The translations under genes were made by a program, and so were the position numbers. This document shows, piece by piece, positions 1 to 12,123 of a DNA stretch of 64,000 bases. Source of the DNA: Vicugna vicugna (lineage: Eukaryota); assembly GCA_013265495.1 (NCBI GenBank), contig MU058687.1, positions 992,001 to 1,056,000 on the forward strand, written 5' to 3'. Every line of letters begins with the position of its first letter. Position 1 is the first letter of the stretch. The notes beneath the pieces are model-generated. The model had not been told where the DNA came from. It did not search any database and worked only from the letters and a program-made list of their open reading frames with translations.

Positions 1-317
1 CCACTTGAGCTCCTAACACAGTTCTTAACCTTAGACTAAGTCTAAGACAAAGAAAGCATGAGAATAAGGTGTGTACAAATTGATAAAAAATCTAGACCTG
101 AATGATCTTTATATCTGTAGCCACTGACTTCTAGTTTATAAAAGATCGTTTGCACCTTTGTATCTTTTGGTGATGCTTTCAAAGCACCTTTAAAAAAAGG
201 AAACTTTTAACTTCTGCTGAAAAGAATTTATTAATTTTTTAAAGCTGAAAGATAAACCTGTTGCTATTTTCAGTATTTTTATAAAATAATGGAAGAAAGT
301 TTAAAAAAAAATTTTAA

Positions 318-390
318 GGCACTGGGAATTGAACTGAGGACCTCATGCATGCAAAGCATGCATTCTACCATTGAGCTATACCCTCCCCAC
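318..390 (-). mobile_element. tRNA-Ala-derived SINE (camelid Vic-1-like)
   Basis: Reverse complement GGGGAGGGTATAGCTCAATGGTAGAATGCATGCTTTGCATGCATGAGGTCCTCAGTTCAATTCCCAGTGCC has A- and B-boxes and a TGC anticodon arm. The acceptor stem is degenerate. Confidence 0.8.
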
Positions 391-649
391 TGAAAATATT
401 TTAATACTACATTATTGTTGACTATAATGGTTGATGTGCTTTTTTTTTTTCATATTGAATAGTAAAAGTAGTTATATCCCAGGAGCTGATGATTATGTAT
501 ATGATAATTAAAAACAAACAAACAAAAAAACCTCACCAATGACCCAAACTTCAAGATGGAGTTAGTGAGATGAAATACATTCTTCCCAATGGATTGCAGC
601 AAGTTTCAGGTCATGGAAATTAGTAGCCTGGAAGGGAAGTCTTTAGCTG

Positions 650-780
650 ATCAACAACTATTTGTTGATGTTCTATTGTGTGCTCCAGCACTATGCTTAA
701 GCACCAGATAGGTTACAAGAAAGGCATGAGACATATCTCTCCCAAAAAATTACATTCTGTGAGTGAAAAATAACAAAACA
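650..780 (-). mobile_element. L2 3' end fragment
   Basis: tcaacaactatttgttga…tgtgctccagcactatgcttaagcac resembles the reverse of the L2 tail. Confidence 0.55.
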
Positions 781-1537
781 GTATGTTTAGTGAAAAAAGA
801 GTATATATTACATATATTTGCATGTGGAAAATTGGAGAGAATATATGATAAAATAGTAAAAATGTAAGAAATCTTGGTTATACAAAGATAATGAATTCTA
901 GTGAATGCAAGTAAAATGAATCAATTTAATACAAGGACCAAAAGTTTATCATAAAAAGTAAAAAATTTGCTTTGGGACACAATCTTGAAAAACAGCTCAA
1001 AAATCATGAATGGCTGAGTCTTGGAGTTTACAAAGAATAAAGTGTAGATTAGGTTTCTGTACTATAATTTTTTGTGACAAAATTATATGACAACATTATA
1101 GTATCTTTTATTTCATTTTTGGATATGTTGAAAAAATGTTTTACGGATTTATAAATTTTCCCAGGGGCTGTTTTTCAGCCTTTAGTGCTCATGTCATTCT
1201 CTTTTGTAGTTCCTATTAGAAAAAATTATTTTGGGTTGTTAACTGGTAGTACTTAGTTCCTCAGCTATCAGTAATGAGTTCCAAAGTTCTCCAAAATCAC
1301 TTTCATAAAATCCTGTATCTTTATAATTTAAGTAGGAATATATGATGTTGTTAATTATAGAATTATATAGGGCAGTTCATTAGTGAATATTTTAGTGTTG
1401 GGACAATTTTTTTTTCCTATGTAACCTTGTAACCATGGGGAATTAGGTAATGAACACTGGGATAATGGAGATCCTGTAGTTATTTCTGAGCAGTGAGGTT
1501 TTTTAATTGATTTTAATTAGTTATTGCTTATTTTGTA

Positions 1538-2176
1538 TAGTCAAGTCTCTTTATTCAAGGTATTTATGTTTTATAAAATTGTCAAGAGCACTGAATTAGT
1601 GAATACTGAACCATTGCTCCTAGAGGAAATATGGGGTTAGGTTCCTGTGGGCGTTTGGTCACATTTTCATCAACCAGTCAATATGTAACCTTGTTTCTTA
1701 TGTGTTTCTGTTTGAAGATACCTTATTTAATGTATATTGTTATTCATTAACATTGAACTCACAGCCAACAGCACTAACTCTTGCCTGAACGAAGCTTATC
1801 CAACACAGGTATTTTCTCAAGGCACATCACAGCCTTCCTTCACTTAGGAACACAAGACAGTATTTCAGCAGTATGCTTGGCAGTCATTTTAAACAGGAAA
1901 ATCTTCAACAAAATGCACAGAAATGTGAAAAATGTGGCCCTGAATAGACCTTGAAAAAACATTTGTTTAAATTATAAGAAATAAAAAGGCAGAACATGGC
2001 TATGCCCTGCCTCAGCTGGGAACATGCAAGTCAGGTAACTCAAATTTTTTGCCAGTCTGCACATGTTCACAAATGATTGTCAAAGCTCCTTGAGTATTGA
2101 TTTTGGATCTAGAAGTACATTTTAGCAAGTAGGCAAATTCACAAGTACAGAATCTGTGAATAATGAGGATAGGCTG
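1538..2176. mobile_element. MER82-like TcMar-Tigger non-autonomous DNA transposon, near full length
   Basis: Degenerate TIRs (tagtcaagtctctttattc…/…gaataatgaggataggctg) and internal cactgaattagtgaatactgaaccattgctcctag; ~640 bp. Confidence 0.75.
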
Positions 2177-2805
2177 TCTTATAATTTTTTTTCCACATTA
2201 AACTTATTGTTTCAACTTTGAAAAAGTGGAAAAACAAAACAAGCTTCCAGAAAGCCAAGTTACAGTATAATTTATAAGGCAAAGTGAGACTTTTAAAATA
2301 AATAGAAAGCATTCTAAAACATGGTGTACTCTTGACTTATGCAAATATACCTTAGCATAGCAAGATTAGTAGTGTTTAAAAGGGGAAAGAACACTGCAGA
2401 CTTGAAGACAGAGAGAAGAGAGAGACTATCAGGTTATTTTCATTAATCACAAGATCCTTGGGAATAAATCTGGACCGACTAAAGGCAAATTAAAAATAAG
2501 TAGCTGTGAATACTGAAAGGATTTACTCTGCTCATTTATCAGAAAGACTGCTCTCACCTCCAAAAGCGTGCTTTTATTTTACAAGAGTAGAGAAGTATGT
2601 TGAATTCATATGTATAGTTTAACTTAAATGTATAAATTTAGAGGAGGAATTGAAAGCTCTTAGTTATTTGCCTTTCTCAGTCCAGCTTTGCCTTTTATTA
2701 CATACAGATACATGAACACAGACATAAATATAGTTGTTTGTCAATACCAAGTTGCAGACATACAGGATTGCCAATTAAAATTCTTAAAAATGGTTTCTGT
2801 TGTAG

Positions 2806-3042
2806 GAACAGCAGCAGTATTGGTATCGACAACACCTGCTTAGTTTGCAGCAGAGGACAAAAGTGCATTTGCCAGGACACAAAAAGGGTCCTGTTGTAGC
2901 AAAGGATACACCTGAGCCAGTAAAAGAAGAAGTTACTGTGCCTGCCACCAGTCAAGTAACAGATCCCCCTCCATCTGAGGAGCCTCCATTACCACCCCCT
3001 AATGAGGATGTACCACCTCCTCTCCCACCTGAGGAACCCCAG
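2806..3042 (+). CDS. YLPM1: YLPM1 coding exon 2 (EQQQYWYRQHLLSLQQR…PPEEPQ), 237 nt, phase 0/0
   Basis: ttctgttgtag|GAA … CAG|gtaacc; in frame with ORF 2845. Confidence 0.95.
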
Positions 3043-3334
3043 GTAACCATAAAATTAATTACTTGGTATTTATTAAATTGTTCAGCTCTTTTTCTGATTC
3101 ATATATGTATAATATGCATGTACATATACCTTTGTTACAAATTGATATATATTTTCATATTTTCTTTTTAAGTGCCTGTAAAGTTTCATTTGTGGAATAA
3201 TCAAATGTATGCCTTGTCAGGCTTAGAAAAGGCATTTTTTTCTCATGATTTAAGTGAGAGGAAAGAATTAGACACTCTTTTGAATTGAGTGTCTCTAAGC
3301 ACTAAAGGGATGCCAGGTTGAGTGTTTTCATATT

Positions 3335-3545
3335 GGCAGCACAGGGCAATAATTATGAGATTCAACTTCTATTGTCAAACTGCCCAGGCTGTAGTCTAGG
3401 TAGTGACTGAGCAAGTTAGTTAACCATTCTATGCTTCAATTTTCTCATCTGCAAAATGGGTATATTCCATTAGTAGGTATCTTATAGAGCTATTAAATGT
3501 GATAATCCTTGTCACTTAGCATACGCTGGCACACGCAAAGTTCTC
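3335..3545 (+). mobile_element. MIR SINE
   Basis: Core gagcaagttagttaaccattctatgcttcaattttctcatctgcaaaatggg. Confidence 0.75.
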
Positions 3546-3986
3546 ATGTTGGTCCAAAGGTCATTGTTCTCCCACGAGCCTTATGTGGAAACATTAATGA
3601 AATATAATGATTACACAGTAGTCAGCTGGTGAAAAGTGACTAAAGTGAAAAAGAAACAGATTTCTCATAGAGTGAAAAGGACAGTTACTGTGGATGACTT
3701 TCTGCTGGGGAAATGGTTATCCTATTTAGGAACGATGAGATTATTATGCTAGTGAAGACTGTGGAATTTATAAACCCCTTTGTATTAGTGTCCATGATGA
3801 CAGTATAGATAGAAGTAGGTATTTTATCTAAAGATAGAACAGCTTTTCTCAGCCAGAGTTGTAGGGATTCTGGACTTTATAACACAATACTATACAGTAC
3901 AATACTTCATAAAATATTCAAGTTTCTTATTAATTTGGTGGTTGTTTATGACTTACAAAAAAATATATCCTCTCTTTTATCTTTAG

Positions 3987-4166
3987 TCTGAAGACCCGGA
4001 AGAAGATGCCAGGTTAAAACAGTTGCAAGCTGCAGCAGCACACTGGCAGCAGCACCAGCAACATCGAGTTGGCTTCCAGTATCAGGGAATAATGCAGAAG
4101 CACACTCAGTTACAGCAGATCCTACAACAGTACCAGCAGATTATACAGCAACCACTACATATACAA
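3987..4166 (+). CDS. YLPM1: YLPM1 exon 3 (SEDPEEDARLKQLQ…QPLHIQ), 180 nt
   Basis: tcttttatctttag|TCT … CAA|gtgagt. Confidence 0.95.
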
Positions 4167-4442
4167 GTGAGTGCTTCCTTAGTTGACACGTGGGAAACTG
4201 CCCCAAGACATTTAAAGGATTTGTTTCTCATGAAAGAGATTTAATTGTGAAGAAGGAAAGATATCAGACATTTCCCTGGGAGTGCCCAAGCAGTTAAGCT
4301 GTCAGTTACCTGGGGGCTTGGGAAGTTTGGTATTATGAAAATACTCTTGGGGAGGGGCAGGTAGAGTAGAGTCTTCTGATCTTGTCCATCTAGAAAGATG
4401 TTAGAGTATCTTGCTAAGGGATTTAAGAACCTGGGCTTCTTA

Positions 4443-4728
4443 CAGACTCACAGACAGAAAACAGACTTATGGTCACCAAAGGGGGTTGGGGGATAAATCA
4501 GGAGTTTGGAATTAGCAGATACAAGCTACTATATGTAAAAATAGATAAACAACAAGGATTTATTGTATAGCACAGGGAACTGTATTCAGTATCTTGTAAT
4601 AACCTATAATGGAAAAGAATCTGAAGAAGAATAATACATATATTTATTTTTTATATATATAATAAATTGCCATACACCTGAAACTAACACAGTATTGTAA
4701 ATCAACTATACTTCGATTAAAAAAAAAA
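4443..4728 (+). mobile_element. 5'-truncated L1 3'UTR with poly(A) and TSD
   Basis: …tatagcacagggaactgtattcagtatcttgtaataacctataatgg…aaatcaactatacttcgattA(n). Flanked by aagaacctgggcttctta (4425-4442) and aaaaaccagggcttctta (4726-4743); TTT/AAGA endonuclease-like site. Confidence 0.9.
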
Positions 4729-5247
4729 AACCAGGGCTTCTTATATAGCTTCAAGTTAACCTAGTGTGTTGCCTAAAAAACACTACAGTAACAGACAAGC
4801 AAAAATCCACCAACAAGATCAAAACAGTCATCACAAAAAAACCTAAGCAAATACACCACAAAAGATGAAGTGACTTAGATACTTGTTTGTCTTGTATCTT
4901 TGAGGTATAAACCTATGTCAGTTTGTTATAACAGATCAGTTTCAATAGTAATATTAAAATGATCCATAGTAATATTAAAAACTTGAAAAATACTTATTGT
5001 TGAGATAGATATTTGCTTTAATGTTGGTTGATTTTTTTCCAACTCTGTGATAACTTATATAAATAAATCAAAGGAAGAAAGGCGAATGATCATCATTGAA
5101 AGAATTTAACAGGCTTATCCTTAGCCTCCCAAGATCTTGTGTTCTAATTTTCTTAGGTTTCAAATGCCCTTGATTCATTAATGTTTTAATTATGATTACT
5201 TATCTTTTATGAATATCCTGGAATAATTTTTATCCCTTTATTTGTAG

Positions 5248-6242
5248 ACAATGTCTGTAGATATGCAGCTGCGGCATTATGAGATGCAGCAGCAGCAGTT
5301 TCAACATCTCTACCAAGAATGGGAGCGAGAGTTTCAGCTGTGGGAGGAACAGCTTCATTCCTATCCTCACAAAGATCAGCTTCAGGAGTATGAGAAGCAG
5401 TGGAAAACATGGCAGGGACATATGAAAGCCACTCAGACCTATCTCCAGGAGAAAGTCAATTCATTTCAGAACATGAAGAACCAGTATATGGGGAACATGT
5501 CAATGCCACCACCTTTTGTCCCATATTCTCAGATGCCTCCACCTCTACCAACAATGCCCCCTCCGGTACTGCCTCCATCATTGCCACCACCAGTGATGCC
5601 CCCTGCCCTGCCTGCTTCAGTGCCACCACCTGGCATGCCCCCACCTGTGATGCCACCTTCTCTACCAACCTCTGTGCCCCCACCTGTGATGCCTCCATCT
5701 CTCTCTTCAGCAGGGCCACCACCAGTTCTACCCCCACCTTCCCTCTCTTCTGCAGGACCACCACCAGTTCTTCCCCCACCACCTCTCTCTTCAACAGCAC
5801 CTCCACCTGTCATGCCCCTTCCACCATTATCTTCAGCCACACCTCCTCCAGGAATACCTCCCCCTGGAGTTCCACAAGGGATACCTCCTCAGTTAACAAC
5901 AGCCCCAGTTCCACCAGCCTCCAGTTCTCAGAACTCACAAGTTCCAGAGAAACCTAGACCAGCACTTCTTCCCACTCCTGTGTCTTTTGGTTCTGCCCCA
6001 CCCTCAACTTACCATCCTCCATTGCAATCAGCCATTGGCCCATCAGAGCAAGTGAATTCTAAAGCTCCTCTGGGCAAATCTGCTCTGCCATACAGTTCAT
6101 TTTCATCTGAGCAAGGACTTGGGGAGTCTTCAGCTGCTCCATCTCAGCCAGTCACTGCGGTCAAGGACATGCCAGGGAGGTCAGGTGGACTGCTTCCAGA
6201 TCCTCCTAGAAGCAGTTACTTGGAAGGTCCAAGAGGCCCAAG
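5248..6242 (+). CDS. YLPM1: YLPM1 exon 4 (995 nt; coiled-coil then proline-rich region)
   Basis: tttatttgtag|ACA ATG … CCA AG|gtaggt; matches ORF 5251..6246. Confidence 0.97.
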
Positions 6243-7929
6243 GTAGGTCTGCCTTTTTTTGGGAAGAGGGGGGTTATTTTGGCTTTTTTGTTAATATAGG
6301 CTGAGTAGGCCTTTATATTCTCTTTGTACTTTTACATGCATTCCTGGTTTACAATTAATAATGTTAGTATTGTTCACTTACTGGACATGGCATAATGAAA
6401 TCTAGAAATGGTAACATGCCCTCATTTCTTTGATGTCACTGCTTTTATCCAAATGTGGAGGTTATAGTCCAGGATGAATGTAGTCGTTTAGAGTAATGTT
6501 TATCAATTTCTTAGCTTCAAAAGCAATGTTTATTAAATTTATTGATCTTTTTGCTTTTTGTTTAGCAAGTAACTGAAATGGTAACTTCTCTTTGTGAGAT
6601 GATATGCTAGCTGTTGGAGATAAAAATGAATAAGCATCTAGTGAAATAAGGCCATGAAATTTAGTGTAAGGGTAAACAGGACTTTTGTTTTATTCATTTG
6701 TTCAGCAAATACTAAGTTCCTGTTCTGTACTTCCAGCAGTGACTATAACATGGGCAAAATTTCTGCCCACATAGAACTCATATTCTTTATATTTTCCTTA
6801 ATTTAGGAGATGTTTTTCTTTTGTCTGAACCACACTTTTATTTAGAAAAACACACAAAACATTTCTTAGTAGTTTCTAAGCTTTCTCTTTTATCTTTTAA
6901 AAAGTATTAAATTTATTTTTTCAAGTTTGTGAAAGTATTTTTTTCCCCAAGTTGACCTAAATGATAATTTTCTTATAGAAAAACATTTTAAATCATATTT
7001 TTTCCCAATTGGACATTGTACTGGAAATACATATTCCTTACACAAAATGTAGATAGTACAGGAAAGTATTGAAAAAAGTATGTAACCTAATTCCACTATG
7101 TGGAGATAATAATTTTTAAAATATGTGTCATAAAAATTGAATCATGGGAAGTACATTATTTTGTAACTTGTTTTTTCCACTTATCAGTATTGGGTTAGTT
7201 TTCTATCTCGGTGTCAGTGGATCTACATCATCATTTTAAATTTAAACCTAATTTTTACATTTGAAAACAAAATACATTTTTTATTTCCTCCCCAAGTTTG
7301 TATTCTGAAAACAAAACTCTATCCAAAATCAAAGCTCATTAGAGGCAATTAACATGAATTCCTTTGGGTAACAGCAGCGTTATTAGAGGCTTTACATACA
7401 TTATTATCCCATGGAGTCTTCTCACCAACGTGTCAACTTGGAGGGTTCATACCCTACACTTACCCTTTACAAACTGGAGGTGAGGGGATGAATAATTTGT
7501 TCAGGATCACATAGGTGGGAGAGTACAGCCTGATTTCACACAGTGGGAGCTGAGTCCAGAGGGTCCCCAGAGCAAGAGCGCTAGTTAAGCACTGTTTAAT
7601 GCATGATTCAGTTGATTTGAATTCCTGCTTATCTTCTGGATTGAGCATTGCCGTTTAGGTCTGGTGACTGATTTATATGAGAAGTACATTCTTAACACCT
7701 CCCAAAACATAGATTTCCCACTTCCTTTTTTTCTGTCATAATGTTTTCTCTTTTGCCTACCAAATCTTAACTTTGTAAATTTAAGGCCTATTTTAAGTTT
7801 TTGCTTGCCCCAAGGTACAGTTAATCATTTCAGTGCTAGGAGGATCTTAGCAGTTTCTCTAGTGCAACATTCCTTCTACAACAGCTCATCTTTGTGTTGC
7901 ACTTTAGTTTGTCATCCTAGGTCTTGCAC

Positions 7930-8095
7930 ATATTACTTTATTCCTCTTAGTTATCTCATGATGTAAATGGATAAAGGGAACTGAGACTTGGAGAGGTTAT
8001 AAATAAATTGCCCCAAATGACATAGCTAATAAGTGGTTGAGATGGGGTTAGAATCCAAGGCCTTCTGATCCACTCTTAAGTCCACTGTGCTTCCT
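7930..8095 (-). mobile_element. MIR SINE
   Basis: gggaactgagacttggagaggttataaataaattgccccaaatgacatagctaataagtgg…agaatccaagg. Confidence 0.7.
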
Positions 8096-8169
8096 GTGAC
8101 AAGCAGTTGATGGACTCTGCTTGAGCACTGGCACTGCAATAAGGAACACTGCCCATAAGGTGTTGACTG

Positions 8170-8860
8170 TGTTCTAGAAAGTTTCTTTCTTACACTGAAC
8201 CTAAATGTATTGCCCTATCTTGTACCTGTTGATTCTAGATCTGTCTCTGTGGTGCAACACATTATGAATTATCCTACCCTCTTCTACAGTGTGTTCCTGC
8301 TGTTGTTTAAAGACCACCCTCTTGTCTCCCTCCACCTGCCTTACCTACTCTGCTCTGCCATCACATAAACTGAAGTTCTTTTCTTTTCACACTAACATTG
8401 GTTCTAGCCTTCTTCTGCTGTATTGTTCACTGTCCTTTGAAGGGCCTTTGGTTTATCAGTCTCCTTCAGAATGAACACTTCAGGTGCGGAGGACCGTAGA
8501 CCTATTACTAACTTCATTATTAAAAATGTACTTATATAGCTGAACAAATTGCTTTTTTTCGATCAACACTCTCACAGTGTTGACTCATGTGGAGCTTAAC
8601 ATCAATTTGGCATCCCAGGTCTTTTTCACCTTACTGTTAATAAGCTAGTTCTCCCTCATCCTGAACCTGTGCAGTTGTTTTTTTGTCACGTTTTGTTTTT
8701 TTCTTTTACTAAGACTTTATCTTTACATTTCATCTAGCTAGGTTTGGGCCAGCATTCTAGTCTGTTGAAATCTTGATGAGGAGATTATATTGTTTTTAGA
8801 TAGAAGATATCCCTTCTAGCTTCTTCCACCTGCAGCTTTGATAAGGATGGCTTTTTTGGT
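8170..8860 (-). mobile_element. L3/CR1 LINE relic
   Basis: agaaagtttctttcttacactgaacctaaat…tgactcatgtggagctt…ctccctcatcctgaacctgtgcagttg are CR1-like segments. Confidence 0.55.
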
Positions 8861-10439
8861 CCTTGAAAGGATCCTGCTCACAGTTTCTACCTTATTTTAA
8901 AAACTTTTCCCTGATCTATCTACGTCATTGCCGTTTCTATTACTTTCTACTTCTTTTGTTCACTTAGCCCATACAAAGTATAGTTTGTGACTGTTGCCTA
9001 GGCATAGTTCTTTTTTCTCCCACATAACTCGGTGAAAAATACATCAGTGGGAAGCAGGTTAGTGAGTGAAAGAGACTGAGGTAAGAATAATCCACACTAT
9101 TAAGAAAACTTGTAGTGTTTCCTTAAGTAAGGAAACTTGAATTTCCTTTATTAGTTGAATTTAGAGTTTGTTGTAAATATATAACTTATATAATAAGCCA
9201 CTCTGGTTCTGTATGTGTGTTTTGTTTTTTAAACAAAGCTGGGTAGAAAGATAAGAATGGAGAACACAGTTAACTGAATCTCCCAATAACACACTATATT
9301 AAAAAGTACTGTAAATTACTTTGCGTTCTTTGCAAAAATCCAGATTTTGGCTACTTTCTAAAAACTAAAGGTTTACCAGAAGTCAGGTGACATAACTACA
9401 TCATATGTAAATAGCATATCGCATTGTTGAGTATCTGGGGCATCTTTTTGAAACTGTTTATATGTATATCATTGGATTCATCAAGTCTTGTAGAAGACTA
9501 CCACCACTCCAGTAAACTGTCATACTAGTGGATGTTGGTTTCCAGGAACCTTTTATTTTCAATAATAAAACTTACTTATTGAAGGCTAACATACAGAAAT
9601 GTACACAATCAGAAGTGTACAGCTTAGTGAATTTTCACAAAGTATATACACCTGTGTTATCACTATTCAGATCAAGAAATAGAAATAATAGTGCCTAAGA
9701 AGTCCCCCTCATGCCCTTTCTCATTTTCCTTCATTACGAAGATAACCACTGCATCAACTTTTTACACTATAGATTAGTTTTGCCTATTTTTGAACTTTAT
9801 AGTAAAGTACATCATACTGTATGTACTTTTTTGAATCTGGCATCTTATCACTTGACATTATATTGTTGTGAGATTCATCCATGTTGTGTGTAGCTGTAGT
9901 TTGTTCATTCTCATTCCTAAATAGTATTTTATTATATGAATATACTACAATCTGTTTATCCATTCTAATATTGATGGTCATTTAAGTTTTTTGGTAATTA
10001 TGAAATACACCAAGGATTGAAATTGCTTGGTCATAAAAGTACATGTATGTCCGGCTTTGATAGATATTATTGTCAGATAGTTTTCCAATGTGGTCATGTT
10101 AATTTATACCCTCACCAGCAATGTTTCTGTGTTCCAGTTTATTTCTATCCTCATTAACACTTGGTATTATTAAACTTTTAAATTTTAGCAATCTTGGTGC
10201 GTGTCTAGTGGTGTTGGATTTATGGCTTTAATTTATATTTCCCTGATGACAAATGAGATTGACTTCCATTCCATTTGATTATCATTCTATTGAATTTCCT
10301 TTTTTATGAAATGCTAATTCAAACTTTACCCTGTTTTTATGTTGGGTTATGTTTTTTTCTTATGGCTTTGTAGGCGTTCTTTATATACACTAGATAGCAA
10401 TTCTTTGTACATCATATGTCTAGATTGTCTTGACTGTTT

Positions 10440-11621
10440 CTCGCTCTACAGCATTTTTTGCTTTGTTATCCTTCAATATATTAGAAAAATAGTCTTCACT
10501 TTACGATCTAGGTGGTCCAATGGAATCTTTATTTTTTAAAGTTTAAGTAATTTTACAAATAACTTACAGAAGACTAAAGGGATAATGAAAAACAACTTAC
10601 TAGAAAGTTTAATAAAATTTTTTAGTAAACAGCAAATATAAATACAAGTTAAAGAAATTTTAATAAAAATTTTAAGAGTAAAACTCTTCACGTCAAGTAA
10701 ATTTAGGCACACAAACATCGTAAAAGGTGAAATAATTGTCACACATTCTTCTGGCAAAGCAGAGTGGTCCGGATTCTTGCCAAAAATATGTGATGAAGTC
10801 CTTCCTGTTTAATAGTTAACTGGATGACAATACCGCATTTCCTTTCTGTCCTTAGAAATATATTGTTCATTCACTGAGTCTTTTTTCTTTTTGTATATAT
10901 ATTTTTTATTGAAGTATAGTCAGTTTACAGTGTTGTGTCAGTTTCTGATGCGTACTCATTGAATCTTGCGTTTGAGAATATTCATCTAGGATACTGTTGT
11001 CCGAGGACTCATAGCTAGAGTTTTTACTTGTATGATTAATTTCACATCTTTATTAGAGCCTGGAGTGCACCTGTTTCTGCATTTATCTTTTCATTCATCT
11101 AATAATTTTGACACAGTTTTGTCTGTCACTTTTCTTTTGTTTGTCATTAGAGTCAGGAAATGAAAATTTCTAAATTCTCAGTTGTGTTCAGTGAAGCCTA
11201 AAAGCAGCCTGCAATGTTTTGGGCAGTGCAAAGATGGGGGGATGACAGATTTCACAATTTCATCACTCTTGTTGGCTTTGTATTTTAATCTTTAGTATAG
11301 TTTGGGGTAGTTGATAAATAATGATGAGTAATAATGAATTCTAGGATAAGAAAATCGAAAAATGTTTCAAGATACAGAAAAAAAATCACTTAAGACCCCA
11401 CAATGTATCTTAGATTTATGAAAGACTTCAGTAGGCCTATATGGTGATTACAAGGTAATATAAGCTTTATTCTGTTTTTTGAAGAGTAAATTTTCTCTTT
11501 GTTCTTGGGAAGGCCTGTAAGAACAAAAGCATGAAATATCAATCCTTACAAATAGAACTGTTTAAAAAAAGAAACTCAAAAACTACAGTTGAATCCAGTG
11601 AACCCAAATGAACCCCAAGGG
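10440..11621 (-). mobile_element. piggyBac-family (Looper-like) DNA transposon relic
   Basis: End …gaaccccaaggg|ttaa reads TTAA-CCC on the - strand. Degenerate transposase-like N-terminal peptide (…GRTSSHIFWQESGP… / SPFTMFVCLNLLDV). Confidence 0.6.
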
Positions 11622-12123
11622 TTAATGGTATCTTTTGATTAATAGAAATTCATGATTTTAATATAGTAGTCCAATTTATTGATCTTTTCCTTTACTGTTA
11701 ATGCTTTTTCATGTCCTTTTTAAGAAATCTTTGTTTACTCCAAGGCCATAAGTACATTATCGTATTTTATCTTCTATCTTTTATTGTTTTACCTTTTATT
11801 TTTAAATGAACAATTCATGCAGAATTGATTTTTGTTGTTGTTGTTAATGCATGGTATGAGGTAGGGTAAAGTTCATCATTTTCTATATGGTTATCAAGTT
11901 GACCCCAGCACCATTTATTGAAAGAGTCATCCTTTACTTACTACTTTACTGGGTTTCCTTCATCATAAGACAAGTGACTATATGTGTAGATTTGTTTGTG
12001 GACTCTATTCCTTTGGTTTATTTGTGTATCCTTGCACCAGTGTTGTATGGTTTTAATTACTGTAGCTTTATAATAAATCTTGATATTTCTTAGTGTAAGT
12101 TCTCCAGTTCCACGTTTCTAGAT

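Noticed and set aside
318..390. Functional tRNA-Ala gene
   Set aside because: Acceptor stem does not pair properly and the 5' GGGGAGGGT extension is typical of a SINE.
5400..5957. Alternative-frame and antisense ORFs over exon 4 (185, 116 and 103 aa)
   Set aside because: Shadow ORFs of CCN-rich proline codons, which lack stops in other frames; no independent signals.
9117..9136. Palindrome gtttccttaagtaaggaaac
   Set aside because: 9-bp stem, compatible with chance in 64 kb of AT-rich DNA.
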